Assembly (NCBI GenBank): GCA_002269645.1
Contig: NIVC01001307.1
Coordinates: forward strand, 2,026-66,025
Reading direction: 5' to 3'
DNA from: Macrostomum lignano
Lineage: Eukaryota
DNA length: 64,000 nucleotides
The notes below the pieces were generated by a model. It saw only the letters and a program-made list of their open reading frames with translations, was not told the DNA's origin and did no database searches. The translations under genes were made by a program, and so were the position numbers. Positions 1 through 13,905 of the stretch are shown in pieces (position 1 is the stretch's first letter; every line of letters begins with the position of its first letter).

Positions 1-43
<43 letters not shown>

Positions 44-46
44 GCC

Positions 47-119
<73 letters not shown>
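1..119. repeat. (TCTG)n microsatellite
   Basis: Direct reading of tandem TCTG units. Confidence 0.97.
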
Positions 120-149
120 TCGAATCGCACGCCAACCTCTAGGCCAATT

Positions 150-235
150 TTCATGCACACAAACCCAAATAAATGTGACCGCGAACGGAATCGAACCTGG
201 GGTCGCGGCGCGAGAGTCACGCTTTTACCGCTCGT
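150..235 (-). mobile_element. tRNA-derived SINE head fragment
   Basis: Minus strand has a Pol III B box GGTTCGATTCC (187-197) followed by GTTCGCGGTCACATTTATTTGGG, closely similar to the SINE at 44269-44425. Confidence 0.55.
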
Positions 236-2029
236 CGAGTTTTTTCAAGAAATATTCAGCCCTATTAATCATATTTCATAATTATGTTAAAAGTAAAACA
301 TTAGGGACGGAGAACAATCGAGCAAACAGGTCTTCTGTTTGACAGCAATTAGATTTGCTCCTAGTCAAAGCAATTGAGCCCATTCGTTTACTGTTCGAGA
401 GGGCAGCCACCTCGCAATAGTGAGGTGCTCAGGTTGAGCAGAGCAAATAGAGAAATTAAAATGAAAATCCTGTTTAACAGCTCCCAATTCTCTTTGACCA
501 ACCCTTCGGGTCCGCCATTATCCGCGACGCCTTTCTCCTTCCTCTCTTGTTCTGCTCTCTGCTTTTAGAAGAGGGCCACAGCCACCAATTGGTCTGATTT
601 TGTCCCGCTACGACAGGCACCGAAGTGCTTTTGCCGGCCACTCAAACCGGCCACTCAGCGCTAAGGCCCGCCCGCGCCATGTTTGCCTCCTGCTTTCGCT
701 CGGACTAAAGGGTCACTCTTCTAATAGCAGAAGCAGCAAAAGCAGTTTAAGCATACAGAAGCCTCTTATACAATTCTGGTTTGGCGGGTTTTTGAAGCTT
801 CGAGTGTATAAGTTCCATTGTTTAACGCATTGTACCTGGCTTTAATGAGCGTCTGCAGCGCAGTCAGGCACTCGGGCGGGGGGGGGTTCAACCGTGACCG
901 GCGCGTTTAACCCGCAGGCGTTTGACTGTAAATGATTGCGCAATCAAGAGACTTAACAGTATATACACACACATACGACTATAGGCATACATTCGCATAA
1001 GGTTTGCGCAAGCCCAAAGGCGGCCAAAGTTCCGCCCAGGTCTTGCATGCAATTAATTATCAGAGAGCATTTTAAGCCCGTGCGGAGGAGGAGGAGGACT
1101 GAGAGCTTGGAGTCCGATTACCATTGACGCCGGCAGCAGCTGGGATTTCTCCCATGTCTGCCCCCCCCCATCGAAAAGCTGACACTTCAATAACTTCGGG
1201 TACGCAGATTTCTAAAGCTTCAAAATAATATTGGAGAAAAGGAAAAAAATCTAGTAGCAGACATGCTTGGAAGAATTATTGCTTGCTTGTCTGCTTTTAG
1301 TTGTAAAACACCTTAGAACCTTGAAAGTAAATTACATTCTCACACTGCCAGGTGCTTCTTGACAGAAAAGCAGACACCCATGCCCCACTGAGTGTGTGTC
1401 GATTCTTAGACAGTAAAGTTTCTGTCACAGCTGCTGCTGCTGCTGCTGCTTCCTCTCCACTATCTGGGTCACCGCATGACCGGTCTGTGCTCAGAATTTG
1501 GAAACCATGTTTCTCCTCTGTGCTTGTCTGTCTGTCTGCCCCTGCCCTGCGCCCCTCCACTGGCCTTCTCTCGTCTCGTCTGGTCTCCTCTAATCTCTCC
1601 GCTCGTCGTTCGCTTCCGCATTTCCTTTTTAATCTTCTGCTTCGGGGAGTGGGGGTGGGCACCGAAAGCGAGCAGGCTGATTTCAGTTCAGTCTTTATCC
1701 CAAGGCACGGCACGCGCACACATTAATCACTTCCGATTGAATTGCTAATGAGGGGGGAGCCACGGAGGGCCCCAAATCCTCCCATCTCTGCACCCTGAAA
1801 CTCGCTCGATTTTATTGCTGTGGAACACTGGCTGGGCCAGGATCTCTAGGATAGCCCTAATCGACATTAAAAGCCGTCTTGCGCTGGCCTGAATGCCGTG
1901 CTTCCTTATCCAACAATGCTGGAGGTGATTCGTGAATTCACAATCTCGAATAGCCCCTAATTTACAAGCCCCGAAATTAACGTTTGGAAAAAAAACATTA
2001 AAATCTCCGAGCTTCAGATTCTCCAGCCT

Positions 2030-2550
2030 TCACGTTCCTCGATCTTCACATTCTTAAATCTTCACATTTCTCAACCTTTACATTCCCCAACCTTCAAATT
2101 CTTCAACCCTAATGTTAATACATTCCCTAATGTTTACATTTCCCAATCTTCCCATTCCCAAGCTTCACATTCCCCAATCTTCACGTTCCCCAAGCTTTAC
2201 ATTCCCCAAGCTTCACATTCCCCAGTCTTCACATTCCCCAGTCTTCACATTCCCCAAACCCTCACGTTCCCCAATCTTCACGTTCCCCAAGCTTTACATT
2301 CCCCAAGCTTCACATTCCCCAGTCTTCACATTCCCCAGTCTTCACATTCCCCAAACCCTCACGTTCCCCAATCTTCACATTCCCCAATCTTAACATTCCT
2401 CAATGTTCACATTCCCCAATCTCCACATTCCCCAATCTTCACATTCCCCAATCTTCACATTCCCCAATCTTCACACTCCCAAGCTTCATATTCCCCAATC
2501 TTCACGTTCCCCAATCTTCACATTCCTCAAGCTTCACATTCTCCAAACAA
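2030..2550. repeat. Degenerate CTTCACATTCCCCAAG minisatellite
   Basis: Tandem ~16-bp units; the PKLHIPQ-type ORFs are repeat artefacts. Confidence 0.9.
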
Positions 2551-4280
2551 ATACTCGTACCTACCGATGCTTTGAGCATTTCAATTCTGTGAAGTTTCTG
2601 GTCAGTGAACTTTAGTGAAGCGACCCGATATGAATTTTGGCGAATCTCTGAACAAGAAATTGTGAATTGGGGATTTCAACATCACTCTGAAAGCGAGTCA
2701 CGCCAGCCTCCTTAAACTATTTCCTCTCCGCTCAATAGATACTTCAATTTTAAACTAAGATTACATTTTTTTGTGTTTAGACTGTAAAATAGTTTGTTTA
2801 TCTCGGTGCGGGCAGAAAAACAACAGAAACTTTGATACATTATCGAAAGAGAAACAGACTGAACCTCGAATATTCGTGCAATTTGTGCGCAGTAATCCGA
2901 CATCATCTTGGAAACTGGGACAACTTGAAAAGGGTGCCACAGAGGTGCCACAGGCACGGGCAGTGTTCGAAATGCAAATTTCTAGAGCGCACGCGTAAAA
3001 TAGGCAGCTAATCTCTATGATCCTAAAATACTGTGCAGGTCGCGCTTATAAACACAAAAAATAGTCAAACGGCACCAATAAAAACAGATCTTGGACGGCA
3101 TTCTTCAGTAGAGAAAAGGCGGACACTTACGAGTAAGCTTGTGTCGGATTTGTGCCCAATTTATGATCTCATTTTGTTGCAATTACGAACTGTGCCAAGT
3201 CATTAAGGCTTTCTTGACTAAGTTAAGTCCCCAGTGAGGCGGGTTAGCCATTTTGGAATTCGTGCATGAAATTCTTTCCTGGGGAATTCCTACCTGGAGA
3301 ATTCTATTCAGGGGAATTATTTTCTGGGGAACTCTTTTCTGGCCTTCTGGGGAATTCTTTCCTATGGCAATTCTACGCTGGGAAATTTTTCCTAGACAAT
3401 TCCTTTCAGGGGAACATTTTCCTGGCAATTCTTTCCTGGGGAATTCTTTCTGGCAAAATTCTCTCCTGGAAATTCTCTTACTTAATAAATCAATAAAATA
3501 ATGAATTTTATTGGTTATATTTCCTTAGTTTCAGAGACGTATTCGTGTAACTGAAATCCTAAGGAAATTTGCTAATTCCCTGGGGAATTGATTGAACTTT
3601 TTTGCAGCTTATTCTGTCCAAGGGGGAATTTCTAATAGATTCTAGAAACTGTTGGCATCAGACTAGGCTAACATCCATCTCTCTTAAAACGAGAATTCTG
3701 GCAACTTGGCCTCAATGCGCCTGTCTGCAGAACAAATGTCATTGTTAAAAATGTGCGATGAGTACCCTCCTCCACCGCTGCTCCAGCTCAGACTGAATGA
3801 GCGAGTCCTGGGAAACGATGAGAGGAAAAGCAGGTGTTGATAAATTTTTTCGGCAGCTGCTATTAGTAGCTCTTGATGGGATAATTCTCCTTCCGCCTCC
3901 CCTGGAAGCAGCGACCCGAGGGCGGCAGGGTCAGTCGGGCGTGAAGGTCTCAAGGGCTGAGTGCTGATGAAGCGAGCGGGGGTCCTGCTGTGGGCAGTTT
4001 TTTTTTCAAATTCGTTCTCAAATTTTCAGGACGCTCTGCTAGACCGGAAATGAGCTTAGTGGGAGGCGGGCGCCAGCCTCGATGAGGCTGGATGGGGTTG
4101 TTTTGACTGCTGGGGAGGGAAGGAGAAGCATTGACTCAGCCGAAGGGATGGAGAAGTCCAAGGAGGCTTTGTACGGAGAATCTGGAATTAGCATCTCTTT
4201 CACAAATCAAAACTTTCGATGGAAGCAATTCATAGCAGAAAATACTAGCAACCGGAAGTGATTCACAATCTCAAAGTTTA

Positions 4281-5130
4281 ACATGCCTTAGTTGCCGTCC
4301 TCCGAAATTTCATGTTCCCTAAAGCATCACATTCTCCAAGCTTCACATTCTCCAAGCTTCACATGCCTTAGTTGCCGTCCTCCGAAATTTCATGTTCCCT
4401 AAAGCATCACATTCTCCAAGCTTCACATTCTCCAAGCTTCACATTCCCCAAGCTTCACATTCCTCCAAGCTTCACATTCCCCAAGCTTCACATTCCCCAA
4501 GCTTCACATTCCCCAAGCTTCACATTCCCCAAGCTTCACATTCCCCAAGCTTCACATTCCCCAATCTTCACATTCCCCAATCTTTACATTCTCTAATATT
4601 CACATTCCCCAAGCATCACATTCTCCAAGCTTCACATTCTCCAAGCTTCACATTCTCCAAGCTACACATTCCTCAAGCTTCACATTCCTCAAGCATCACA
4701 TTCCTCAAGCATCACATTCCCCAAGCTTCACATTCCCCAAGCTTCACATTCCCCAAGCTTCACATTCCTCCAAGCTTCACATTCCCCCAAGCTTCACATT
4801 CCCCAATCTTCACATTCCCCAAGCTTCACATTCCCCAAGCTTCACATTCCCCAAGCTTCACATTCCCCAAGCTTCACATTCTCCCAAGCTTCACATTCCC
4901 CAATCTTCACATTCCCCAAGCTTCACATTCCCCAAGCTTCACATTCCTCAAGCTTCACATTCTCCAAGCTTCGCATTCTCCAAGCTTCACATTCTCTAAG
5001 CTTCACATTCTCCAAGCTTCACATTCTCTAAGCTTCACATTCTCCAAGCTTCACATTCTCCAAGCTTCACATTCTCCAATATTTAAATTCCTCATTTTTC
5101 ACATTCTTCATTTTTCACATTCTTCATTTT
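4281..5130. repeat. Second CTTCACATTCCCCAAG array, preceded by an ~80-bp tandem duplication
   Basis: Same unit as 2030-2550; the ACATGCCTTAGTTGCCGTCC block occurs twice (about 4281 and 4361). Confidence 0.9.
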
Positions 5131-6384
5131 TCACATTCTCCAAGTTTCCAATTCTTAATCAAAAATTCACAATCCCAACTTGATTAGCAGCATTTCCCTC
5201 TCAGCAGACCGCAGTTGCTGCTAAGAAAATCATCGTCACTCCAGATCCATCCTTCCAGACCTCCTTGGGAATTCTCCCCCACACTTGCTGCGCTGGGAGA
5301 TTTTTTCTGACCTAAATAATATAGAAGGCCAATGGGTCTGTTTAGATCCCAAGGGGAGTTTTTTTCTATTCCCCAGGCTATAGAATCTCCCCAAATCCAC
5401 AGCCTGATAGGGTATCCGCAAATTTGGGATTCATAATAATGGAAAAAGTGTGCAAGGGGCCCACCGCTCCTGCACCTGTCCCTTATTTAGCCGCCTCCCC
5501 CCCCCCTGCGCTAAACAGATGAAGCGTGAGAAGCTGAAATGAGGGCTTCAAAGCGGATTAAGGGATGCGGAATCGATCTGTGGGATAAAAACAACAGCGG
5601 GGATTTTCTCATCTAATGAACGAACTGCAGACAGGTCGATACAAAAGCGACCGACTCGGGACATTGTCCCTATCAGTATCAGCGGCTCAGGCGCTACATT
5701 GAATTTAGTTGTATCAAAATTTCGTTGCACGGATTGGGGAGAAAGGATTTGAACAGATGGGGTCAATAGTGGAATTGATAATTTAATAAGCATAGTTAAT
5801 CCGATCTTCAAGATTTCCTATCCCCGCCTTTTTGAGACCCGGTCATTTTCCCCTTCTCTCGGCGCATAAGACAGATCCCAATCTCGGTAGTTATTTATCC
5901 TGCCCTCCCAGTTCTCTAACGTAATCATGAGCTGAAGCGAGAATGGGCTTGTCGGGTCCTCTCACGTCTTCGTGTCTTGTAACCTGTCAGGGCTGCACCC
6001 AGTGTCTGCTTCCTGTCCTGAAGGGAAAGCCTCCAGGGGGTCCGCACGGGGCCGCCGGCTGATGCCGGTTCGATAATAGCAGAGCTTTCACAAATGGAAA
6101 CTTGTCTGTCTGTCCGCCTGTCTGCCTGCCTGTCTAACCCTCACGCCCTATAGATCATCCATCATTAAGGCTTGAAGGGTTGGAGTTCGAAATTCTTGTT
6201 GTCCGAGTGGGCATCGGGTTTGTGTGGGCTTGAGCTCAATTTTCAGTCTCGGCATTTGAAATGTTTTTCAATCCATTTTCGACAAGAAAATAGCTATGCA
6301 TGTTGATATTTATAATAGGTAGTGACCACCTGTTCAATGGTTTTAATTTAAATATATTTGGATTCTGAACAAACATTTCAGAAT

Positions 6385-6960
6385 GTGAAGATTGGGGAGA
6401 TGTGAAGATTGGGGAGATGTGAAGATTGGGGAGATGGGAAGATTGGGTGAATGTGAAGATTGGGTGAATGAGAAGATAGATAAATGCGAAGATTATTGAA
6501 TTGAAGAGTGGGGAAGTCTGAGATTGGGTGAATGTGAAGATTGGGTAAATGAGAAGATTGATGAATGTGAAGATCGATGAATGTGAAGAGTGGGGAAGTG
6601 TGGGATTGGGGGAATGTGAAGATTGGTGAATCTGAAGGCGGGTGAATGTGAAGATTGATGTATGTGAAGAGTGGGGAAGTGTGGGATTAGGGGAATGTGA
6701 AGATTGGTGAATGTGAATGTGAAGATTGGTGAATGTGAAGGCGGGTGAATGTGAAGATTAGTGAATGTGAAGATTGGTGAATGTGAAGGCGGGTGAATGT
6801 GAAGATTGATGAATGTGAAGAGTGGGGAAGTGTGGGATTGGGGAATGTGAAGATTAGTGAATGTGAAGGCGGGTGAATGTGAAGATTAGTGAATGTGAAG
6901 ATTAGTGAATGTGAAGATTGGTGAATGTGAAGATTGGTGAATGTGAAGGCGGGTTAATGT
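6385..6960. repeat. Related CTTCACATT-type array in inverted orientation
   Basis: GAATGTGAAGATTGG units are the reverse complement of the 2-5 kb satellite core. Confidence 0.85.
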
Positions 6961-8029
6961 TAGGAGAATGCCTAACATTAGGAGAATTCGAAAACCGCGG
7001 AGATTTTAATTAGGGATAATTTCGATCACTACAACTTTTCAGTGACCAAACTGATAAGCTAAGAGCAAGTTTCCAATTTCTGGGCCATGAAAGCCCTAAA
7101 AGAGGGGAGCCAGAAGTCATCAGGAAAGGCAAAAGAAGCAACAGCAGCAATCAGGGGGAGGGGTGCTTTCTGCACGAGGCTATAGTACCTTAGCGGCGCA
7201 AAAATTTCTTGTTGCTAAGGCCCTGGCCGATCTCCCTGCAGTGCAGAGACCCAAGTGCCAAGGTGGAAGGAAGAAGTCCCACCGCCAGCACCCCCTCCCC
7301 CCCGAGGGACTATGCGGGAGCCATGGCAGCAGTTCGAGTGACGCTGTTACGCTGTACCATAACTGCAGCCAAAAATCTGGATGCATAGGAAATGTGTATG
7401 CGCGGACAGTTCCGGGCACTAATATGTGTTTGCTCCATCCTTGCATTGCCCCCCCCGGGTTCCAATTCCAGCGGACCATAGTGAGCGCCTCGAGTGTTTG
7501 TTCAAGTCCGCCTCGCTTCTTTCCTTCCCTCAGTCGCGTGTCTCCAAGCGGCACCCCCAAACAGGCCGTGCGATGCCACTTATTTTTTTCACTCTCTGGC
7601 CTGGCCGAGGTTGAGGGAAGTAGCGAAGGAGGGATGGGGGTGGCACAGGGGGAGGAATTTGTCGAATATCAGCGGCTCGGATCGGGATTGATTGATGATG
7701 AGGAATCTGGGAAGCTGGGGGGAGCTGTGGGAAGTATAGAAAGTGACACCCGCCATGGCTGCACCGGTCCCAGCAGCCTTCCTGGGATTCTGCCGCTCCT
7801 CATCTGTCCGGTCACTGGCTGGGCCGGACCCCCTGCCAAGGGCTGAGATTCAAGGGGCTGGTTGTTGGGTGCAGGGAGCCCATTTCGAACCGAGCCTGAC
7901 CTGTTTCCTGTCTTCTTTTAGAACCGATAGATGGATAGATAGATAGGCTGTAAAAAGTGGAATATCCTGTCAGCCTGTCTCGGAGAAGGAAAAAGTTTGA
8001 AACAAAATCTTAGAAAATGAATCGTTAAG

Positions 8030-8945
8030 CACAGCGAGGTGTAGAGGGGGTCACACTTTACCGCAACACAGGGGTAGAGGGGGTCACACTTTACCGCAAC
8101 ACAGGGGTAGAGGGGGTCACACTTTTCCACCAACACAGGGGTAGAGAGGGGGTCACACTTTTCCACAAACACAGGGGTAGAGGGGGTCACACTTTTCCAC
8201 CAACACAGGGGTAGAGAGGGGGTCACACTTTTCCACCAACACAGGGGTAGAGGGGGTCACACTTTTCCACAAACACAGGGGTAGAGAGGGGGTCACACTT
8301 TTCCACAAACACAGGGGTAGAGAGGGGGTCACACTTTTCCACCAACACAGGGGTAGAGGGGGTCACACTTTTTCCACCAACACAGGGGTAGAGAGGGGGT
8401 CACACTTTTCCACAAACACAGGGGTAGAGGGGGTCACACTTTTCCACCAACACAGGGGTAGAGAGGGGGTCACACTTTTCCACCAACACAGGGGTAGAGG
8501 GGGTCACACTTTTCCACAAACACAGGGGTAGAGAGGGGGTCACACTTTTCCACAAACACAGGGGTAGAGGGGGTCACACTTTTTCCACCAACACAGGGGT
8601 AGAGAGGGGGTCACACTTTTCCACCAACACAGGGGTAGAGAAGGGGTCACACTTTTCCACCAACACAGGGGTAGAGAGGGGGTCACACTTTTCCACCAAC
8701 ACAGGGGTAGAGGGGGGGTCACACTTTTCCACCAACACAGGGGTAGAGGGGGTCACACTTTTCCACCAACACAGGGGTAGAGGGGGTCACACTTTTCCAC
8801 CAACACAGGGGTAGAGGGGGTCACACCTTTCCAAAAACACAGGGGTGGAGGGGATCACACTTTACCGTGTGAAGGTGAAGGTGACACAGGGGTAGAGGGG
8901 TCACACAGTCACACTTTTCCACCAACACAGGGGTAGAGAGGGTCA
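8030..8945. repeat. ~30-33-bp minisatellite (GGGGTAGAGGGGGTCACACTTTTCCACCAACACA)
   Basis: Direct tandem units. Confidence 0.95.
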
Positions 8946-10174
8946 TACTGAATGAGTCTATGACTGACGAGTTACTCATGTTAGAGGTTTACTGTAATTT
9001 AGACAAGCCGGTCTACATCAAATCCCAAAGCATAAAAATGGCCTGAAGTATTAAATAACTCACGATGACTCACAAAACGCCCAGAGTATACCGGAAGCAG
9101 CAGCCAGTTAGCAACTAGCTGACAAATGCCAAAATCTAACTCCTATAGTAATCTTGCCAACGATAAGAATTCTATTCAAAAAACTCCAAATATATTTTCA
9201 GCTTCCGGGAGGTCAGTCAACGCGTCATCAACCGAGAGAGAGAGAGAGAGGAGATCGAACTTTCGGTTGCCCACCGGAAGTGATGCATTGCGCCGGAAGT
9301 TAACTTAGGAGAAGAGGTGCCAGAGTTCTATTTAGCCTCTGTGCTCGCACTTCCGTTCATTATCAAGGCTGAGTGTATGATGTAGGTGAGTAAATTGAGG
9401 AAACTGCTGCTCGCATCTGTCATAGCAACTGGCCTGGCCAAGTGCTCGCAGAGTGGGTCCCTGAGATGAAGGATGGAGAGTGCTCTGGCCCAGACTCCTC
9501 AACGAATTATGCTTCTCAACCCTTCCCCTTCCCCCCTGGGGCCACGTGTCAGGTTGGTGAGGGAAAGTGATGTTATCGGGGTCGAGCTCGGGGACCGGCA
9601 AGGTCGAGGCTGTTCCAATTCGGGAGATTGGGAGGGAGACCCTCTGTTTGGCTTGAGTTGCGGGGAAAAGTAAGAAGGGGATTGGGAATCTGGAGGCGGA
9701 AAAAATCTCATGATCGGAGAGAAGGGGAGCGACTCGACCCGCCTTGACAACCAGGTGCGTGCCGCTTGGGATTTGGGATCTGTATAGCGGTCTCGCAACA
9801 CACAGCTAGAATCAGGTTCACTTCTTGCCTGATCGGTAACTTTTTTCTTCGTTGCACGAATTCAATTCGATTTCACGCTCTAATTGAGCCGAAAAACAGC
9901 CCCCCCCACCGCTGTCAACAAGTTTTCTATAGGCTCATTATTGGCCTGAGATTCCAATCTGAAATGGTTGCTATAGGCACAGGGCTCGAGTATTCGGTTT
10001 CAGGTTAGTCAGGAGGGAAAATGTGAAGGTGAAAGTATAGGCAGGAACCGGGATCTGCTATGCAGGTAGTTCGCTGCTTTTTTGCTTTTATGAGACAGAG
10101 GCAGACCCTATCTTATAAAGGCAGACCCAATCTTATAAAGGCAGACCCAATCTTATAGAGAAGACCCAAGAAAT

Positions 10175-11548
10175 ACAAGAAATAGAAGGAGAGACACGAG
10201 AGATAGAGGGATAGACATGAGAGATACAGAGACACGAGAGATAGAAGGAGAGACACGAGAGATAGAGGGATAGACATGAGAGATACAGAGACACGAGAGA
10301 TAGAAGGAGAGACACGAGAGATAGAGGGATAGACATGAGAGATACAGAGACACGAGAGATAGAAGGAGAGACACGAGAGATAGAAGGAGAGACATGAGAG
10401 ATAGAAGGAGAGACACGAGAGATAGGAGAGACACGAGAGATAGAAGGAGAGATATGAGAGATAGAAGGAGAGACACGAGAGATAGAAGGAGAGACACGAG
10501 AGATAGAAGGAGAGACACGAGAGATAGAAGGAGAGACACGAGAGATAGAAGGAGAGACACGAGAGATAGAAGGAGAGACACGAGAGATAGAAGGAGAGAC
10601 ACGAGAGATAGAAGGAGAGACATGAGAGATAGAAGGAGAGACACGAGAGATAGGAGAGACACGAGAGATAGAAGGAGAGACATGAGAGATAGAAGGAGAG
10701 ACACGAGAGATAGAAGGAGAGACACGAGAGATAGAAGGAGAGACACGAGAGATAGAAGGAGAGACACGAGAGATAGAAGGAGAGACACGAGAGATAGAGG
10801 GATAGACATGAGAGATAGAAGGAGAGACACGAGAGATAGAAGGAGAGACACGAGAGATAGAAGGAGAGACACGAGAGATAGAAGGAGAGACACGAGAGAT
10901 AGAAGGAGAGACACGAGAGATAGAGGGATAGACATGAGAGATACAGAGACACGAGAGATAGAAGGAGAGACACGAGAGATAGAAGGAGAGACACGAGAGA
11001 TAGAAGGAGAGACACGAGAGATAGAAGGAGAGACACGAGAGATAGAAGGAGAGACACGAGAGATAGAAGGAGAGACACGAGAGATAGAAGGAGAGACACG
11101 AGAGATAGAAGGAGAGACACGAGAGATAGAAGGAGAGACACGAGAGATAGAAGGAGAGACACGAGAGATAGAAGGAGAGACACGAGAGATAGAAGGAGAG
11201 ACACGAGAGATAGAAGGAGAGACACGAGAGATAGAAGGAGAGACACGAGAGATAGAAGGAGAGACACGAGAGATAGAAGGAGAGACACGAGAGATAGAAG
11301 GAGAGACACGAGAGATAGAAGGAGAGACACGAGAGATAGAAGGAGAGACACGAGAGATAGAAGGAGAGACACGAGAGATAGAAGGAGAGACACGAGAGAT
11401 AGAAGGAGAGACACGAGAGATAGAAGGAGAGACACGAGAGATAGAAGGAGAGACACGAGAGATAGAAGGAGAGACACGAGAGATAGAAGGAGAGACACGA
11501 GAGATAGAAGGAGAGACACGAGAGATAGAAGGAGAGACACGAGAGATA
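10175..11548. repeat. 21-bp purine-rich minisatellite (GAGACACGAGAGATAGAAGGA)
   Basis: Direct tandem units; the 400-500 aa ORFs here are heptapeptide repeats. Confidence 0.97.
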
Positions 11549-12153
11549 CGAGCTAGCAGACGAGATAAGGACTGGCCATATACTTCTTGAGCCGGATGAG
11601 ACGGCACGTGACTCCATTCTCCAGCCTTCCGCCTGATTACAACCTACGGTAGCTTTACAAGTGCCCATTACAGCCTATTACAGCCCATTACAGCCTATTA
11701 CAGCCCAGCCCATCTAATTCGATCCCAACCTAAAATTCTTATCAGCTCCGGTCAGGGGTCGAACAGAAATTAATGCCCAAAAATTTTAATGCTTGCCCCA
11801 TCCTAACCTGCTCAGAAGAGCTATTCCTTCCCTATATTATCCTAATTCCCCCCTCTCTCCCTGATAAGCATAAGCTGCATATGGGAGGCGCGTGAGGATC
11901 TGCCAGTGGCAGCGGCAGCAGCAGCGACAGAGAGTTGCGACAGTGAGGGGAGGGGTTGGGGTCCGGGTTGAACCGGTTGGGCCCACGAATTAGGGGGTTT
12001 AGCCGCCATTTTTCAACTCCATCTTATTATATAGATGACGGTGCCGATTTCAGGATGCGATAAGACAGAATCGAGGCGCTCGGCGCCAGGCGGAGATTGG
12101 GGCAGAGATCTGGAAACTGGAATGGCTGGGTTTTTACCCCGTTGCAGGCCATA

Positions 12154-13208
12154 CTTACTTACTTACTACTGACGGGGGGCGCAGGCGCCGCGAATAGGCC
12201 GCGAGGCCCCTATCGCAACCCCAAGGTAAAAGAGCACAAGGATTAGCCTTGGGGGTGCGCCCAGTCCCCGCCAGTAGTCGGCAGGTCCGCAGTGGAGGCA
12301 TCGGCGACCCTCATCCGGCCGGAGTCCCGGACGAAGGCGCGGAGGTCTCGGATATTGTCCGCGGTGGTCAGCTCGTCCATCCGCTGGGGGTGGCCGAGGT
12401 ATTTGTGCCGCGCCTTGTTGAAGTAAGGGCAGAAGGTGACGTGATGCTCCGCGGTCTCCTCTCCTATGCCACAGAAGGGACAGGTGGGAGGGCAACCGGT
12501 TTGCAACGATATATGTCTCTGGAAGAATCCGTGGCCGGTTAGGACCATGCACATCTCCCTGAGGTCGGTTCTGTTAAGCGAAATCAGATAATCAGAGACT
12601 TTCCTGTTCAGGTTAGGCATGGCAGAGCGGCTCTGCCTGTACTCGGTGCAGCTGTTCCAGTGGAGCTGGTGCTGCTGATGGAGCCACCTGTTGATATGGC
12701 GGGTGACTTGCGACCTGGGGGTGGGTAGCCTCATCAGACGGTGGTTGCCGTCTGGGTTGCTGCCCTCCTTGGCGAGAGAGTCCGCGAGCTCGTTGCCCAG
12801 GATGTTGCTGTGACCAGGTGTCCAGATAATTCTAATCCTGTTAAGGACTGAGAGAGATTGCACACTGCGGTGGCATTGAGATACTGTAGCAGCGGAGATA
12901 TTCTCAGTGGTTAAGGCCTTAATAGCAGCTTGGCTATCAGTGTAGAAATTAATGTCAAAATTATTAATGTTCGCCTGAAACAGTTGCTGGGCACACTGCT
13001 CAATGGCGCAAATTTCAGCTTGGAAAACTGAGGTGTTCTCACCGAGGTGCAGACTTTCCTGGAGAAGCATCTTACCCTCGTGGAAAATGGCAATACCCGC
13101 TCCAGCGCGGCCGTTGAACAGCGAGCCGTCGGTGAAGCAGTGAATGCCCTGGCTGCGCCGGTTCACACCGACATCCAGCGGAATGTTGTCTCGGCCAGGG
13201 ATGGCGGT
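12154..13208 (-). mobile_element. 5'-truncated non-LTR retrotransposon (RNase H + CCHC; I/LOA/Tad-like group)
   Basis: ORF 12243-13166 carries RNase H motifs ([38 protein letters not shown]) and a C-x2-C-x8-H-x4-C knuckle ([18 protein letters not shown]). A (TAAG)n 3' tail lies at about 12154-12170. The 14-bp direct repeat CGTTGCAGGCCATA occurs at 12140-12153 and 13209-13222. Confidence 0.9.
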
Positions 13209-13619
13209 CGTTGCAGGCCATAATTGCTTGCTTTCAATGCCGCCATCGGGATATGGGGGGAGTGATTTGAAGGAGTGCTGTCAGACTGGGAGACTGGGGA
13301 TCCCCAGGAGATTTCTCTCTCTGACTATGACCACCCAGCAGATCCTGACAGCAGGGATGAGGTCCCCCGCAGATGGCCCGCCTCTACTGGCCTGTGGGAG
13401 GAGGGGGTGAGGCAGGCAGGAAGGGCTGGCGACATCGTAAAAGGAAGCTGCATGCAGCGCAGCAGCCTCTCGATATAAGGCTCAACAATAAGCAAGCTTT
13501 TCGAGACCGCCGACCCTGCCGCCAAACCCACCAATTCCAATTCTTTTAATTAAAGGCCTTTTCCTATACAGTAATGGGCTATGGTGTCCTATGGGTCTCC
13601 CGTGCCCATGATTTAGTGG

Positions 13620-13622
<3 letters not shown>

Positions 13623-13695
<73 letters not shown>
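13623..13695. repeat. (GA)n microsatellite
   Basis: Direct reading. Confidence 0.97.
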
Positions 13696-13697
<2 letters not shown>

Positions 13698-13839
13698 AAC
13701 TCCGCCTGTCGAAGTCCCTGGGGGTTTCCAGCACGTCGGGTTTTTCAATTCGGGGACCAATTTATTTCAAGAGGGAATGAATTCTAGAAAAAGTATAAAA
13801 TGCTGAGCTAATTTTGACAGTTGATTACTCATGACAACC

Positions 13840-13905
13840 TGTTTGATGATCGGAAGAGCGTCGGGGTTCACGGCTCGAAGGTCGGAGGTTCGATTCCCAA
13901 TCCCA
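13840..13905 (+). mobile_element. tRNA-like/SINE head fragment
   Basis: B box GGTTCGATTCCC at 13887-13898 with a tRNA-like upstream segment; no complete cloverleaf discerned. Confidence 0.35.

Noticed and set aside
7163-7846. 227-aa GC-rich ORF and other short ORFs in 1-16 kb
   Set aside because: No recognisable domain, no consistent splice pattern, and overlapping ORFs on both strands.
10113-11668. Long ORFs of 398-511 aa
   Set aside because: Translations of a 21-bp satellite, open in several frames on both strands. The same applies to ORFs at 20949, 22435, 23602, 27300, 33388, 34397 and 48327-49117.
13209-13540. Apparent upstream continuation of the RNase H frame as reverse transcriptase
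   Set aside because: It lies outside the TSD at 13209-13222 and shows no RT motifs, so it is target DNA.
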